From: an uncultured Clostridia bacterium
GTDB lineage: Bacteria; Bacillota; Clostridia; TANB77; CAG-508
Length of the DNA stretch: 64,000 bases
Assembly: GCA_934167755.1 (NCBI GenBank)
Contig: CAKPLT010000007.1
Coordinates: forward strand, 10,010-74,009
Direction: 5' to 3'
Shown: in pieces, positions 1 to 9,105 of the stretch
Layout of the letters: every line of letters starts with the position of its first letter
Numbering within the stretch: the first letter of the stretch is position 1
Made by a program: the position numbers and the translations under genes
Notes under the pieces: model-generated
What the model was told of the DNA's origin: nothing
Database searches by the model: none
What the model saw: only the letters and a program-made list of their open reading frames with translations

Positions 1-540
1 ACAGAATTGCTTTTTTCAATTTTGTCAGCAAGAGAAAATGTCCCTTTTCCTTTAATATTTGAACTCTTAATTATGGAAATATCCTTTGAACTTATTCGTG
101 AAGCTAATTTAAGAGTTCCTTCAACAATAGGTTCTTCTATAGGAATTGTAGGTGCATTAATTTTGGGAGATGCTGCTGTTAATGCCGGGATTGTTAGTCC
201 TACACTTATAATTGTTGTTGCTATGACTGGTATTGCTTCTTTTGCTATTCCCGACTTTTCTTTTGGGTTCCATGTTCGTATATTTAGATTTTGGTTTATT
301 GCATTAGGTGTTACGACTGGCTTCTTAGGTATTAGTGTTGGCTTATTTATATATGTTTCTATGCTTTGCAGTTTAAAATCTTTTGGTGTTTTTTATACCA
401 CACCAATTGCACCAAAATACAATACTTATGGTAATGGTTTTTTCATTCCACCAATATGGAAACAAGAATATCGTGCAAATTTTATTGCTCCTAAAAAGAA
501 AATGGCACAAGATAAAATTAGTATGAAATGGAGATTTTAG
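1..540 (+). CDS. spore germination protein, GerA/GerKA (A-subunit) family, C-terminal membrane part; 5' end lies outside the window
   Basis: Frame 1 is open from nt 1 to TAG at 538-540. The multi-TM translation (...ELIREANLRVPSTIGSSIGIVGALILGDAAV...SFAIPDFSF...) resembles the conserved core of GerAA/SpoVAF-type proteins. Confidence 0.8.
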   Translation, partial: TELLFSILSARENVPFPLIFELLIMEISFELIREANLRVPSTIGSSIGIVGALILGDAAVNAGIVSPTLIIVVAMTGIASFAIPDFSFGFHVRIFRFWFIALGVTTGFLGISVGLFIYVSMLCSLKSFGVFYTTPIAPKYNTYGNGFFIPPIWKQEYRANFIAPKKKMAQDKISMKWRF

Positions 541-544
541 AATA

Positions 545-711
545 GTTACCAGTAGGACTTTACCAGTAGGGACACTCATTAATGGTAAAAGCTTATTATT
601 TAATAATAGTTAAGTAATAAATAATGAATATCAATATTAATTACTCTAGCTTTTATTATACCTTTTACCATTAATGAGTGTCCCTACTGGTAAAGTCCCT
701 ACTAATAACTA
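545..711. repeat. ~170-bp foldback element made of two ~46-bp inverted arms around an AT-rich centre; arms are built from the TTACCAGTAGGGACACTCATTAATGGTAA repeat unit
   Basis: The arm at 545-590 is the reverse complement of 662-711, with one indel. It lies between the convergent 3' ends of the gerA-like gene and argS. The same unit recurs at 18265, 34899, 36407 and 39203. Confidence 0.85.
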
Positions 712-718
712 TTTTTTT

Positions 719-2428
719 CTACATTCTATCTGGCATTTCTATTCCAAGTAATCCTGCTCCTATTCTTAAAATTTTTCCAACTGAATAAGTTAAATATACA
801 CGAGCATTTTGAAGTGCATTATCTTCACTTATAATCTTATTTTCATTATAAAAATTACTGTATGCTTTTGCTATATCAATTAAATATCTTGATAAAATTG
901 ATGGCTCATTTTTCTCTGTAACTTGGATTAATACATCTTCAAGTTCATATATTAATTTTATTAGTCTTATTGAAAATTCATCTTGTAATAAATTTGTATC
1001 GATTTCTTCAATTGTAGGTACCCCTCCTGCTTTTTCTATAACACTTTTGGTACGCACATAAGTATATTGAATATATGGACCTGTTTCGCCCTGAAAATTC
1101 AAAATTGTATCCCAATCAAATATTTCATCTTTTATTCTTGATTGTGCCAAATCATTAAAAATAACTGCTCCTACTCCAACTTTTTTAGCAACTTCGTCTT
1201 TATTTTCAAGGTCCGGATTTTTTTGTTCTATTATTGTTTTGGCTCTTGAAATTGCTTCCTCAAGTAATTCACTCAATTTTACACTTGTTCCTTCTCTTGT
1301 TGACATTTTACCAGTTGGTAATAAAACCATCCCAAAAGCAACATGTTCTAATCCATTTGTATATTTTTCCTCTAAGCCAAGAAGTTTAGCAACTTCGAAT
1401 ACTTGTTTAAAGTGTAATACTTGCTCATATGATGTAACATATAATGCTTTATCAAAATCATATGTTCTTGCCCTATACAGAATTGCAGCTAAATCTCTTG
1501 TTGCATATGTTGATGAACCATTGCTTTTTTCTATTATGCATGGAGTGTTTATTCCACTATCTTCTAAATCTATAATCCTTGCGCCCTCTGATTTTATTAA
1601 TTTTCCGCTTTTTTCCAAAATTTCTACAACCTCTGCCATTTTATCTGAATAAAAAGCTTCTCCATTCCAAGAATCAAATTTACTTCCTAATATATCATAC
1701 ACTTTTTGGAATTCTTTTAAACTTAATTCTCTAAATTTCTGCCAAACTGTTACACAATAAGAATCTCCATCTTCAAGCTTTTTAAAATTATTTCTGCAGT
1801 TTTCTAAAACTTGTTCGTCTTCTTTACAGGCTTGATTAATTCTTATATAAATCTTAGTTAATTCATCTATTGGATTTTCTTCAATATTATATTCATTTCC
1901 CCACATTTTATATCCTTCGATTAATTTTCCAAATTGTGTTCCATAATCTCCTAAATGATTTATTCCAGTTACATTATATCCTAAATATTTATATATTTTA
2001 TACAATGCAGCACCTATTACAGTTGAACGTAAATGTCCAATATGGAATGGTTTTGCAATATTAGGAGCAGAATAATCTATTACTATATTTTTTTCATTTC
2101 CTATTGTTGATTTACCATATTCCTTGTCATTAGACATCTCTTGTAAAACTTCTTTAGCTAATAATTCTTTATTTGCAAAAAAGTTTAAATATCCACCTAT
2201 AACTTCTATTTTTATTATTTCAGTTTCATTTAATTTAATATTTTCTTTTATTTCTGTAGCAATAGCTTGTGGTGCTTTTCTTAATGTTTTTGCTAACCTA
2301 AAACATGGAAATGCATAATCTCCATTTTCAGTTCCTTTTGGTTTTTCTATTGATTTTTTTATTTCGGTTTGATCTATATTTATAACTTGCGCTATTGCAT
2401 TTGCTATTATGTCTTTAAAATCTATCAT
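719..2428 (-). CDS. argS: arginine--tRNA ligase
   Basis: 569-aa ORF with a class I HIGH motif (KPFHIGHLRS) and a KMSK-like GKMSTREG. It has an ArgRS-like N-terminal domain and a C-terminal anticodon-binding end (...GIEMPDRM). Confidence 0.95.
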   Translation of the reverse strand: MIDFKDIIANAIAQVINIDQTEIKKSIEKPKGTENGDYAFPCFRLAKTLRKAPQAIATEIKENIKLNETEIIKIEVIGGYLNFFANKELLAKEVLQEMSNDKEYGKSTIGNEKNIVIDYSAPNIAKPFHIGHLRSTVIGAALYKIYKYLGYNVTGINHLGDYGTQFGKLIEGYKMWGNEYNIEENPIDELTKIYIRINQACKEDEQVLENCRNNFKKLEDGDSYCVTVWQKFRELSLKEFQKVYDILGSKFDSWNGEAFYSDKMAEVVEILEKSGKLIKSEGARIIDLEDSGINTPCIIEKSNGSSTYATRDLAAILYRARTYDFDKALYVTSYEQVLHFKQVFEVAKLLGLEEKYTNGLEHVAFGMVLLPTGKMSTREGTSVKLSELLEEAISRAKTIIEQKNPDLENKDEVAKKVGVGAVIFNDLAQSRIKDEIFDWDTILNFQGETGPYIQYTYVRTKSVIEKAGGVPTIEEIDTNLLQDEFSIRLIKLIYELEDVLIQVTEKNEPSILSRYLIDIAKAYSNFYNENKIISEDNALQNARVYLTYSVGKILRIGAGLLGIEMPDRM

Positions 2429-2441
2429 TTTTCTCTCCTTC

Positions 2442-2978
2442 TTACTTCCATAGTTCTTCTAAAACTTTTTTATATCTTACAAATATTGGATGATTAGCAT
2501 CAACATTTTCTATGCAGCTTTTATATACACTTGTATAATACCATTTTTGTTCTTCTGGATTTCTAGATAATACTCTGTCTTCTCCAAATTCTTTTATATT
2601 AGAAATAGCATCTTCTAAATTATTTATTTTATCACATGCAACAATCAGTTTTGAACCAAGTGGGGCTGTTTTTATATGATTTATTGTATGTTGTTTTCTT
2701 TCCTTCCAAGGCAAACTTTTATCCGGTTCAGATGCATCATACACATAATCTCTAACCTTTTTTCCAAATTCTTTTTCTATATCTTCAAAAATATGTTGTG
2801 TATCTTCAACTACATCATGTAATATTCCTGCTGTAACTATATCTTCATCACATCCATTTCTTTGTAATATCATTCCGACTGTAAATGGATGGAATATCAT
2901 ATCTACATCTTTTTGTTTTCTTTTTTGACCTTTATGGGCTTTTGTTGCGTAAAAAATTGCATATTCAATTTTATCCAT
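2442..2978 (-). CDS. HD-domain phosphohydrolase, RelA/SpoT-type (small alarmone hydrolase-like)
   Basis: 178-aa ORF 13 nt upstream of argS. It carries the motifs YATKAHKGQKRK...HPFTVG...AGILHDVVEDT, typical of the (p)ppGpp hydrolase HD fold. Confidence 0.7.
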   Translation of the reverse strand: MDKIEYAIFYATKAHKGQKRKQKDVDMIFHPFTVGMILQRNGCDEDIVTAGILHDVVEDTQHIFEDIEKEFGKKVRDYVYDASEPDKSLPWKERKQHTINHIKTAPLGSKLIVACDKINNLEDAISNIKEFGEDRVLSRNPEEQKWYYTSVYKSCIENVDANHPIFVRYKKVLEELWK

Positions 2979-3095
2979 ATTTATCTCTCCTTTGCGAAAA
3001 ATATAATAATTGTTACAAATTATTAATGCTATTTTATATTATAGCATTAATATACCTATTTGTCAGCATTTTGGGATAAAATAGTTATAAGATTA

Positions 3096-3123
3096 TTGAC
3101 ATTTTTTACTTATATGCTATAAT
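3096..3123 (+). promoter_or_regulatory. sigma-A type promoter for the 3166 gene
   Basis: TTGACA (3096-3101), a 16-nt spacer, then the extended -10 TGCTATAAT (3115-3123). It lies about 40 nt upstream of the RBS/ATG. Confidence 0.5.
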
Positions 3124-3165
3124 AATTTTACATATAAAACCAAAGTATTTAAAGGAGGGCATTGT

Positions 3166-3771
3166 ATGAATAGACGGCCTTTAACAATCGAATTTACCGG
3201 TTTACCTAATTCTGGTAAAACAACTTTAATTCACAACATTGCAAAAGACTTGCAAAATAGTGGATTAAAAGTAAAAATTATGCAAGAAGATGCTGAGCTT
3301 GTGCCAGCAGAAATACCTAAAAAAACTTGGATTCGGAATACTTGGATTACATTTGGACAATTACAGTCACTTTTGGAAATCCCATATTCCACAGAAGAAA
3401 TTATTTTATTAGATAGAGGATATTGTGATGCATTGTTTTGGGCAAAATTCTTATACAAACAAGAGGCTTGTTCGAAATCACAGTCAGAATCACTTCTTAG
3501 AATTCTTCACGAAATGAATGATCAATTCAATTTGTTACCTGACTATCTTTTTGTAATTGATGTTTCTATTAGAGAATCTATGAAAAGAAGATTAGCTATG
3601 GGTGGCAAAATCGTTTTGACAAATGAGGAGTTCCTTAGTTTTTACAAAACTGAGTTAGAAGAATTTTATCGCGGCATTACTTGTCCAATGTGGTATTTGA
3701 ATACAACAAGATTATCTATTGAAGAAGTAAAAGATGCTACTATTAAGAAAATCCAAGAAATAATTGCATAA
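3166..3771 (+). CDS. P-loop NTPase / nucleoside(-tide) kinase-like protein
   Basis: 201-aa ORF with RBS aaaGGAGGgcattgtATG, Walker A GLPNSGKTT and a Walker-B-like ILLDRG. The specific function cannot be assigned from sequence alone. Confidence 0.5.
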   Translation: MNRRPLTIEFTGLPNSGKTTLIHNIAKDLQNSGLKVKIMQEDAELVPAEIPKKTWIRNTWITFGQLQSLLEIPYSTEEIILLDRGYCDALFWAKFLYKQEACSKSQSESLLRILHEMNDQFNLLPDYLFVIDVSIRESMKRRLAMGGKIVLTNEEFLSFYKTELEEFYRGITCPMWYLNTTRLSIEEVKDATIKKIQEIIA

Positions 3772-3805
3772 TAAACAAGTTATAAAACAAATAAGAGGTT
3801 TCCTT

Positions 3806-5197
3806 TTATAGGATTCCTCTTTTTGTAATTTCAACTCCATCTTTTGTATCTTTTATGTTATAGCCCTTTTCTCCTATTAAATCTCTTAATTTATCAGATT
3901 CAGTCCAATTTTTGTTGCTTCTTGCAATTTTTCTTTGTTCTACTAAATCTAAAATTTCTTGTGGAATTTGTTGTTCTTCTTTCTTTTCTGTTATTTTTAT
4001 TCCTAAAACAGTATCAAATTTTTCTAATAATTGTGCTATCTTAGGTGACTTATCTGAATATTTTATAGCTTCCCAAACAACACTCATTGCAAGTGGCATA
4101 TTTAAATCGTCATTTATAGCTTGATGGAATCTATTTTCCATATCATTTATAACATCCTCTGGTACTATATCTCTTCCATTTAAATGCTTTTGATATCCTT
4201 CTCTTAAACGATTTAAAGATACTGATGCTGCTTCTATTCCTTCCCAAGTAAAATTTAATTTTCCTTTGTAATGGCATGAAAAATTGAATAATCTATATAC
4301 TAATGGATCATATCCTCTATTTATAATATCATCCATTAAATAAACATTTCCTAAGCTTTTTGACATCTTTCCACCATTTATTAATAGATATTCTCCATGC
4401 ATCCAATAATGTGCTGGTATTTTACCACATGCGCCTTTGCTTTGAGCAATTTCATTTTCATGGTGTGTTGGTATTAAGTCTATTCCACCTGTATGTATGT
4501 CAAATTCTTCCCCTAAATACTTTGTGCTCATTGCTGAACATTCAATATGCCATCCAGGATAACTTGGTCCCCATGGGCTATCCCATTTCATTAAATGATT
4601 TTCAGGTGCTTTTATCCATAATGCAAAATCATATGGATTTCTTTTCTCTGGGTCAACTTCTACTCTTGCTCCTGCTTTTTGTTCTCTAAGATTTATTCCA
4701 GATAAAATCCCATATTCATCTAATTTTGATACATCAAAATATATAGCAGTAGAAGTTTCATATGCATATCCTCTTTCCATTATTTTTTCTACCATTTTTA
4801 ACATTTCATTTATATGTTCTGTTGCTTTACATACTATTTCAGGTGTTTCTATATTTAATCTTTCTAAGTCCTTAAAAAATAACTTTGTATAATGTTCTGC
4901 TATTTCCATAGGAGTTTTGTGTTCTTCTCTAGCTGATTTTAGCATTTTGTCTTCACCTTCATCTCCATCTGAAACAAGGTGTCCAACATCAGTAATATTC
5001 ATTACATGTTTTAATTTGTATCCATTATATTTTAACACTCTTCTTAATGTATCTTGAAATAAATTTGTTCTCATATTTCCTATTGTTGCATCTTTGTATA
5101 CTGTTGGTCCACATGAATATATTTTTACCATCTCTGGTTCTATTGTTTTAAAAAGTTCTTTCTTTTTAGTTAAAGTATTATAAAAATATATATCCAT
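3806..5197 (-). CDS. cysS: cysteine--tRNA ligase
   Basis: 463-aa ORF with CGPTVY...IGN near the N-terminus and KMSKS (GKMSKSLGN). RBS is AAGGGAGGAAATAATG. Confidence 0.95.
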   Translation of the reverse strand: MDIYFYNTLTKKKELFKTIEPEMVKIYSCGPTVYKDATIGNMRTNLFQDTLRRVLKYNGYKLKHVMNITDVGHLVSDGDEGEDKMLKSAREEHKTPMEIAEHYTKLFFKDLERLNIETPEIVCKATEHINEMLKMVEKIMERGYAYETSTAIYFDVSKLDEYGILSGINLREQKAGARVEVDPEKRNPYDFALWIKAPENHLMKWDSPWGPSYPGWHIECSAMSTKYLGEEFDIHTGGIDLIPTHHENEIAQSKGACGKIPAHYWMHGEYLLINGGKMSKSLGNVYLMDDIINRGYDPLVYRLFNFSCHYKGKLNFTWEGIEAASVSLNRLREGYQKHLNGRDIVPEDVINDMENRFHQAINDDLNMPLAMSVVWEAIKYSDKSPKIAQLLEKFDTVLGIKITEKKEEQQIPQEILDLVEQRKIARSNKNWTESDKLRDLIGEKGYNIKDTKDGVEITKRGIL

Positions 5198-5219
5198 TAT
5201 TTCCTCCCTTTATATCCAA

Positions 5220-5242
5220 GAAAAGTGGCTTTGCCACTTTTC
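5220..5242 (-). terminator. hairpin after the PBP gene
   Basis: GAAAAGTGGC-AAA-GCCACTTTTC followed by TT on the minus strand. It sits in the 50-nt gap between the PBP stop and the cysS RBS. Confidence 0.45.
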
Positions 5243-5247
5243 TTTAA

Positions 5248-7824
5248 TTATTGGTTATTATTATCTTCTTCTGTTGTACTATTTCCTGTGTCACCTGTGT
5301 TATCTCCCGTACTTGGTGTTTCTGGTGTACTTGGTGTTTCTGGTTCTGTTGGTGTTGGTTCTGGCGTTGTTGGTTGTGTATTATTATTTCCACTGTCTGG
5401 TTTTTCTGTTGTTTTATCTGTTGATGTATCAGGTACTGTTGGTACTTCAACTTCTGTTGCTTTTTTATGTATTGTACAATATTCAGTTGGTACTGTTCCC
5501 ATTGTAGAATTAATTCCTGGTGTAGTCCATAGACCTAATCTTTCTTTTTCAACGACATAATTAGCACTTCTTCTTTCTTTTGATGTGCAAAATTCATTTG
5601 CTAATTTTCCTGATTCTGTGCATATTGTATATTGACTCTTATGAGCATCACAAGTTTCAGGCAAATGATCTTTAACAAAAATTTCAGAATAAGTATTTGA
5701 ACATTTATCTGTTGCAAGTAATCCACTTGTTCTACATACTGTTGCATGTACTATATTTTCTGGTTCACTAAATGTTGAACTCTCCAATCCTTTATGAATT
5801 TCTGACATTATTCCCGAAAACAATTGTCCCGCTGGGTTCGTTCCAGGAAAGCTAATTCTTTGAGGATCATCAAATCCATACCAAGCTGCACATGCATAAT
5901 AATTTGTAAATCCACATAACCATCTATCTTTTGATGAGTTTGTTGTTCCTGTTTTAGCTGCAACATCAATTCCATTGATTGCACAGTATCTAGCTGTTCC
6001 CGCATATCCATCTGCCCCATTTATAACTGATTGCATTAAACTTTTAATAATGTATGCTGTTTCAGCTGAACATACTTTTTCTGTTTTTTGATTTGGCTCT
6101 AATACTACTTTTCCATTTGTATCTTCTACTTTTGTGTAGAATGTTGGCTCTATATATGTTCCATCATTTGCAACTGATGCATATGCCGCAGCCATTTCTA
6201 ATGGACTTATACCATATGTCATTCCTCCTATTGCAAGTGATAAATTCTCGTCATTGTGATCTTTGTTTTCACTTGCATGTACAAGTGATGAAATTCCCAT
6301 TTTTTCCATATATTCAATTGATTTTTGTGGTGTTAGTTCAGCCATAACTTTAATAAATGGTATATTTTGTGATGTTGTTAATGCTGTTCTAACTGTTCTT
6401 AATCCTGTAAAAGAATTATAGTTTTCAGGTTCATAATCTTTTCCAAATGTTGTTTTTAAATCTGCATAAATTGTTGCAGGTGTTATTGTTCCTTCTTCAA
6501 TACCAGGTAGTACATCTGCCAAAGGCTTTATAGATGAACCAGTTTGTCTTTTTGAATTTATTCTGTTTAATCCTCTTGATGTTGTTTTATCTCTTAATTG
6601 TCCAACTGCTCCAACTACTTTTCCTGTTGATGGTTCTATAACAACTGCTGCTCCTTGTGCCAAAATCGGTGAACCACTTTCATCTTTTATTACCTTTCCT
6701 GCTTTATCCTTTAATTCTAATTTATACTTACCTTTTTTTGATTCTTCTTCCATAACATTTTGTACTGATGATACTTGTGTTGAATATATTGTTAATCCAC
6801 TTGTTTGCAAATATGTTTCTGCTGCATCTCTTGAAACCTGCTTTTCATCCATTATTTGTTGTATTAATTGTGTTATTAGTGCATCAGTATGTGAAGAATA
6901 AACATTTCCTTTAACTCCATTTTCAAACTTGAAACCAGCATCTACTTCTGCAACTGCTGTATCATATTCTTCTTGTTTTATATAATCAAATTTTTTCATT
7001 TGTGATAATACTGTTTTAGTTCTTTTTGAAATCTTTTCAGTAACATCATTTCCTGAATATGGATTATAAGCATTTGGTGAATGGTTTATTCCTGCTAGAA
7101 ATGCACATTGTGCTATACTTAAATCTTTTGCCGTTTTGTTAAAATAATATTCTGCTCCAATTTCAACACCGTGTTTTTCACTTCCACCATTTCCTATATA
7201 TATCAAATTTAGGTACAATTCTATTATTTGGTCTTTTGACATTGCTTTTTCTATTTGGTAAGCTTTTGACCATTCTTTTAATTTTCTTACTACTCCTGCC
7301 GCACCTTTAGACGCTTTTTCTTGTGTAACATTTTTTACAACTTGCTGAGTAATTGTACTTCCTCCACCTGCTGTTGATTTTCCGCCATGTGTTACAAATG
7401 AAAGCACTGCTGCACCAGTTCTTTTTATATCAACGCCATGATGTTGTTCAAACCTTTCGTCTTCTATTGATATATATGCCTTTGGTAAATATGGTGACAT
7501 TTCTTCAAGTGTTATAATTTTCCTACTTTCATCTCCATTTAATTCTGCTAATACATTTCCATCTGTATCTACTATTATTGAATTTTCTTTCATTATTAAG
7601 TCTGACATATTTATTGAGAAATCTTCTTTTTCAATTCCAAATATTAGTCCTATACCAACTCCTGCTCCAACTACAAGTAATATTACTAATATTATTAGCA
7701 ATATTTTTAATGCAATTGCTAGTTTTGGGTGTTTATATTTAAACCTCATTTTAGTATCTTTTCTTTTTGATTTTGCATCCTTGTTTCCTTTTTTGGTTCT
7801 TTTTGTTGTTTTTCTTTTTCCCAT
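5248..7824 (-). CDS. class A penicillin-binding protein (transglycosylase/transpeptidase, PBP1A-like) with a T/P/E-rich C-terminal tail
   Basis: GT51 motifs (EDERFEQHHGVD, GGSTITQQ) and transpeptidase motifs SxxK (GSSIKP), SQN and KTGTT. The start is taken at MGKRKTT (RBS GGAAAGAG), not at the track start 7866. Confidence 0.9.
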   Translation of the reverse strand: MGKRKTTKRTKKGNKDAKSKRKDTKMRFKYKHPKLAIALKILLIILVILLVVGAGVGIGLIFGIEKEDFSINMSDLIMKENSIIVDTDGNVLAELNGDESRKIITLEEMSPYLPKAYISIEDERFEQHHGVDIKRTGAAVLSFVTHGGKSTAGGGSTITQQVVKNVTQEKASKGAAGVVRKLKEWSKAYQIEKAMSKDQIIELYLNLIYIGNGGSEKHGVEIGAEYYFNKTAKDLSIAQCAFLAGINHSPNAYNPYSGNDVTEKISKRTKTVLSQMKKFDYIKQEEYDTAVAEVDAGFKFENGVKGNVYSSHTDALITQLIQQIMDEKQVSRDAAETYLQTSGLTIYSTQVSSVQNVMEEESKKGKYKLELKDKAGKVIKDESGSPILAQGAAVVIEPSTGKVVGAVGQLRDKTTSRGLNRINSKRQTGSSIKPLADVLPGIEEGTITPATIYADLKTTFGKDYEPENYNSFTGLRTVRTALTTSQNIPFIKVMAELTPQKSIEYMEKMGISSLVHASENKDHNDENLSLAIGGMTYGISPLEMAAAYASVANDGTYIEPTFYTKVEDTNGKVVLEPNQKTEKVCSAETAYIIKSLMQSVINGADGYAGTARYCAINGIDVAAKTGTTNSSKDRWLCGFTNYYACAAWYGFDDPQRISFPGTNPAGQLFSGIMSEIHKGLESSTFSEPENIVHATVCRTSGLLATDKCSNTYSEIFVKDHLPETCDAHKSQYTICTESGKLANEFCTSKERRSANYVVEKERLGLWTTPGINSTMGTVPTEYCTIHKKATEVEVPTVPDTSTDKTTEKPDSGNNNTQPTTPEPTPTEPETPSTPETPSTGDNTGDTGNSTTEEDNNNQ

Positions 7825-7970
7825 TTTTATCTCTTTCCTTTCACAAGATATTAATTGGTTAAACATTTTACAACATTATAATACATTTCTAAAAAAAAGA
7901 AAAGTATTTTAAGAAATTCTTTAAATTTTTAATTATTGGTTAATAATTCTCGTAAATTACTACAAAATAC

Positions 7971-8142
7971 ATTTAAATATAAATTTTGAATGAAATGACG
8001 AATGTGCATGGAGAAATTTTAGAAATTCTTATGTGATTTTATGGAAAGAGTTCACGAGAGTGGAAGGGTGCCATAAAATGAATTAGAATTTCTTAAATTT
8101 CGTAATAAGCCGAGGAATGTAATGAAAAATTTATATTTAAAT
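7971..8142. repeat. structured palindromic element A, copy 1: conserved ~137-nt core nested in a 17-bp perfect inverted repeat
   Basis: Outer stem is ATTTAAATATAAATTTT (7971-7987) paired with AAAATTTATATTTAAAT (8126-8142). The core at 7988-8125 is nearly identical to 49627-49763 and contains nested stems plus a CAC-GAGA-GUG tetraloop hairpin on the plus strand. Confidence 0.8.
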
Positions 8143-8169
8143 ATATTTAGTGAAAAATAACAAGAATTA

Positions 8170-9003
8170 TTAACCAATAAAAATTTTACCATTTATTCCA
8201 AATATTTCTTTTATAGAAACTTTATTTTTTTCTATTTTGCTGCGTATATGTTTAAAAGTATCTTTTCCATATAAATTAGCTTCAAGTAAATCTTTTGCTT
8301 TAAAATTTTGCATATTTTCTCTCCAAATAGTATCTTCTCTTCCAACTTCAATATCATAATCATTTATATTTATTCCATTAAATCGTTTTGAATATATTTT
8401 CATATTACCCTCTAAATTTATAATTATAGCATTTTCATTTATCTTATATCTATTGAAAACTTCTTTATTAAAATCTATGTTTAATATTATTTTTGACCTG
8501 AGTAAGCTTTTTTTCTGGTTATTTGAAACAACTATTAAAATTCCACTTTTTTCATATATTTCTTCTTCGATTTTTTTTAATTTTTCTATATGATTTGTTA
8601 CAACAGTTATTCTTTTATATTGCTTTGCTAATTCTTTTATTATTTCTATACTAATATCTGTTATTTCATTTGTTGTTATTGCAATCTCAATTTCTTCTTT
8701 TTTTAAATTGTTTTGTCTTATTGCATAATCTAATATTTCAAAAGACAAATATTTTTCTAACCATCTTCCATCAAATATCTTTATATTACTTGAATTTAGA
8801 GCATTAATAAGATTTTGATTTTCAAATAATTCTTTACTTAATACAACATTTGTAGCTCCACATTTTATTAGTTTTTTTATTACTTTCTTTATATTATTTG
8901 TTCTTTCCAAGTCTGCATATATTTTGAAATTATCATTTTCTATTTTTGTTTTATGTAAAATAAATCTATGCTTATCCAATTTTTCAATATAAAATGTTTT
9001 CAT
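8170..9003 (-). CDS. hypothetical protein
   Basis: 277-aa ORF with coding-like composition in the same orientation as its neighbours. I recognise no motif. Confidence 0.5.
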   Translation of the reverse strand: MKTFYIEKLDKHRFILHKTKIENDNFKIYADLERTNNIKKVIKKLIKCGATNVVLSKELFENQNLINALNSSNIKIFDGRWLEKYLSFEILDYAIRQNNLKKEEIEIAITTNEITDISIEIIKELAKQYKRITVVTNHIEKLKKIEEEIYEKSGILIVVSNNQKKSLLRSKIILNIDFNKEVFNRYKINENAIIINLEGNMKIYSKRFNGININDYDIEVGREDTIWRENMQNFKAKDLLEANLYGKDTFKHIRSKIEKNKVSIKEIFGINGKIFIG

Positions 9004-9105
9004 TTTTTACACCTCAATTGATGTATATTCAATAGTGATACAATTTATACTCAAAAATAAAAAGCTGAGCTTGCTATATATATTATAACTAACTCAGTCT
9101 TTTGA

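Noticed and set aside
373-579. 68-aa minus-strand ORF starting MSVPTGKVLLVT
   Set aside because: It starts inside the interspersed repeat unit and runs antisense to the gerA-like gene. The same pseudo-peptide arises wherever the repeat occurs.
5198-5247. Looked for a T-box leader upstream of cysS (and of argS at 2429-2441)
   Set aside because: The intergenic gaps are only 50 nt and 13 nt. They contain just a short hairpin and the RBS, so there is no room for a T-box.
5250-5420. T/P/E/G-rich repetitive segment with overlapping ORFs in three frames (5225..5560, 5244..5450, 5274..5507)
   Set aside because: It is the low-complexity C-terminal tail of the PBP (…TPEPTPTEPETPSTPETPSTGDNTGD…). The other-frame ORFs are artefacts of the repetitive sequence.
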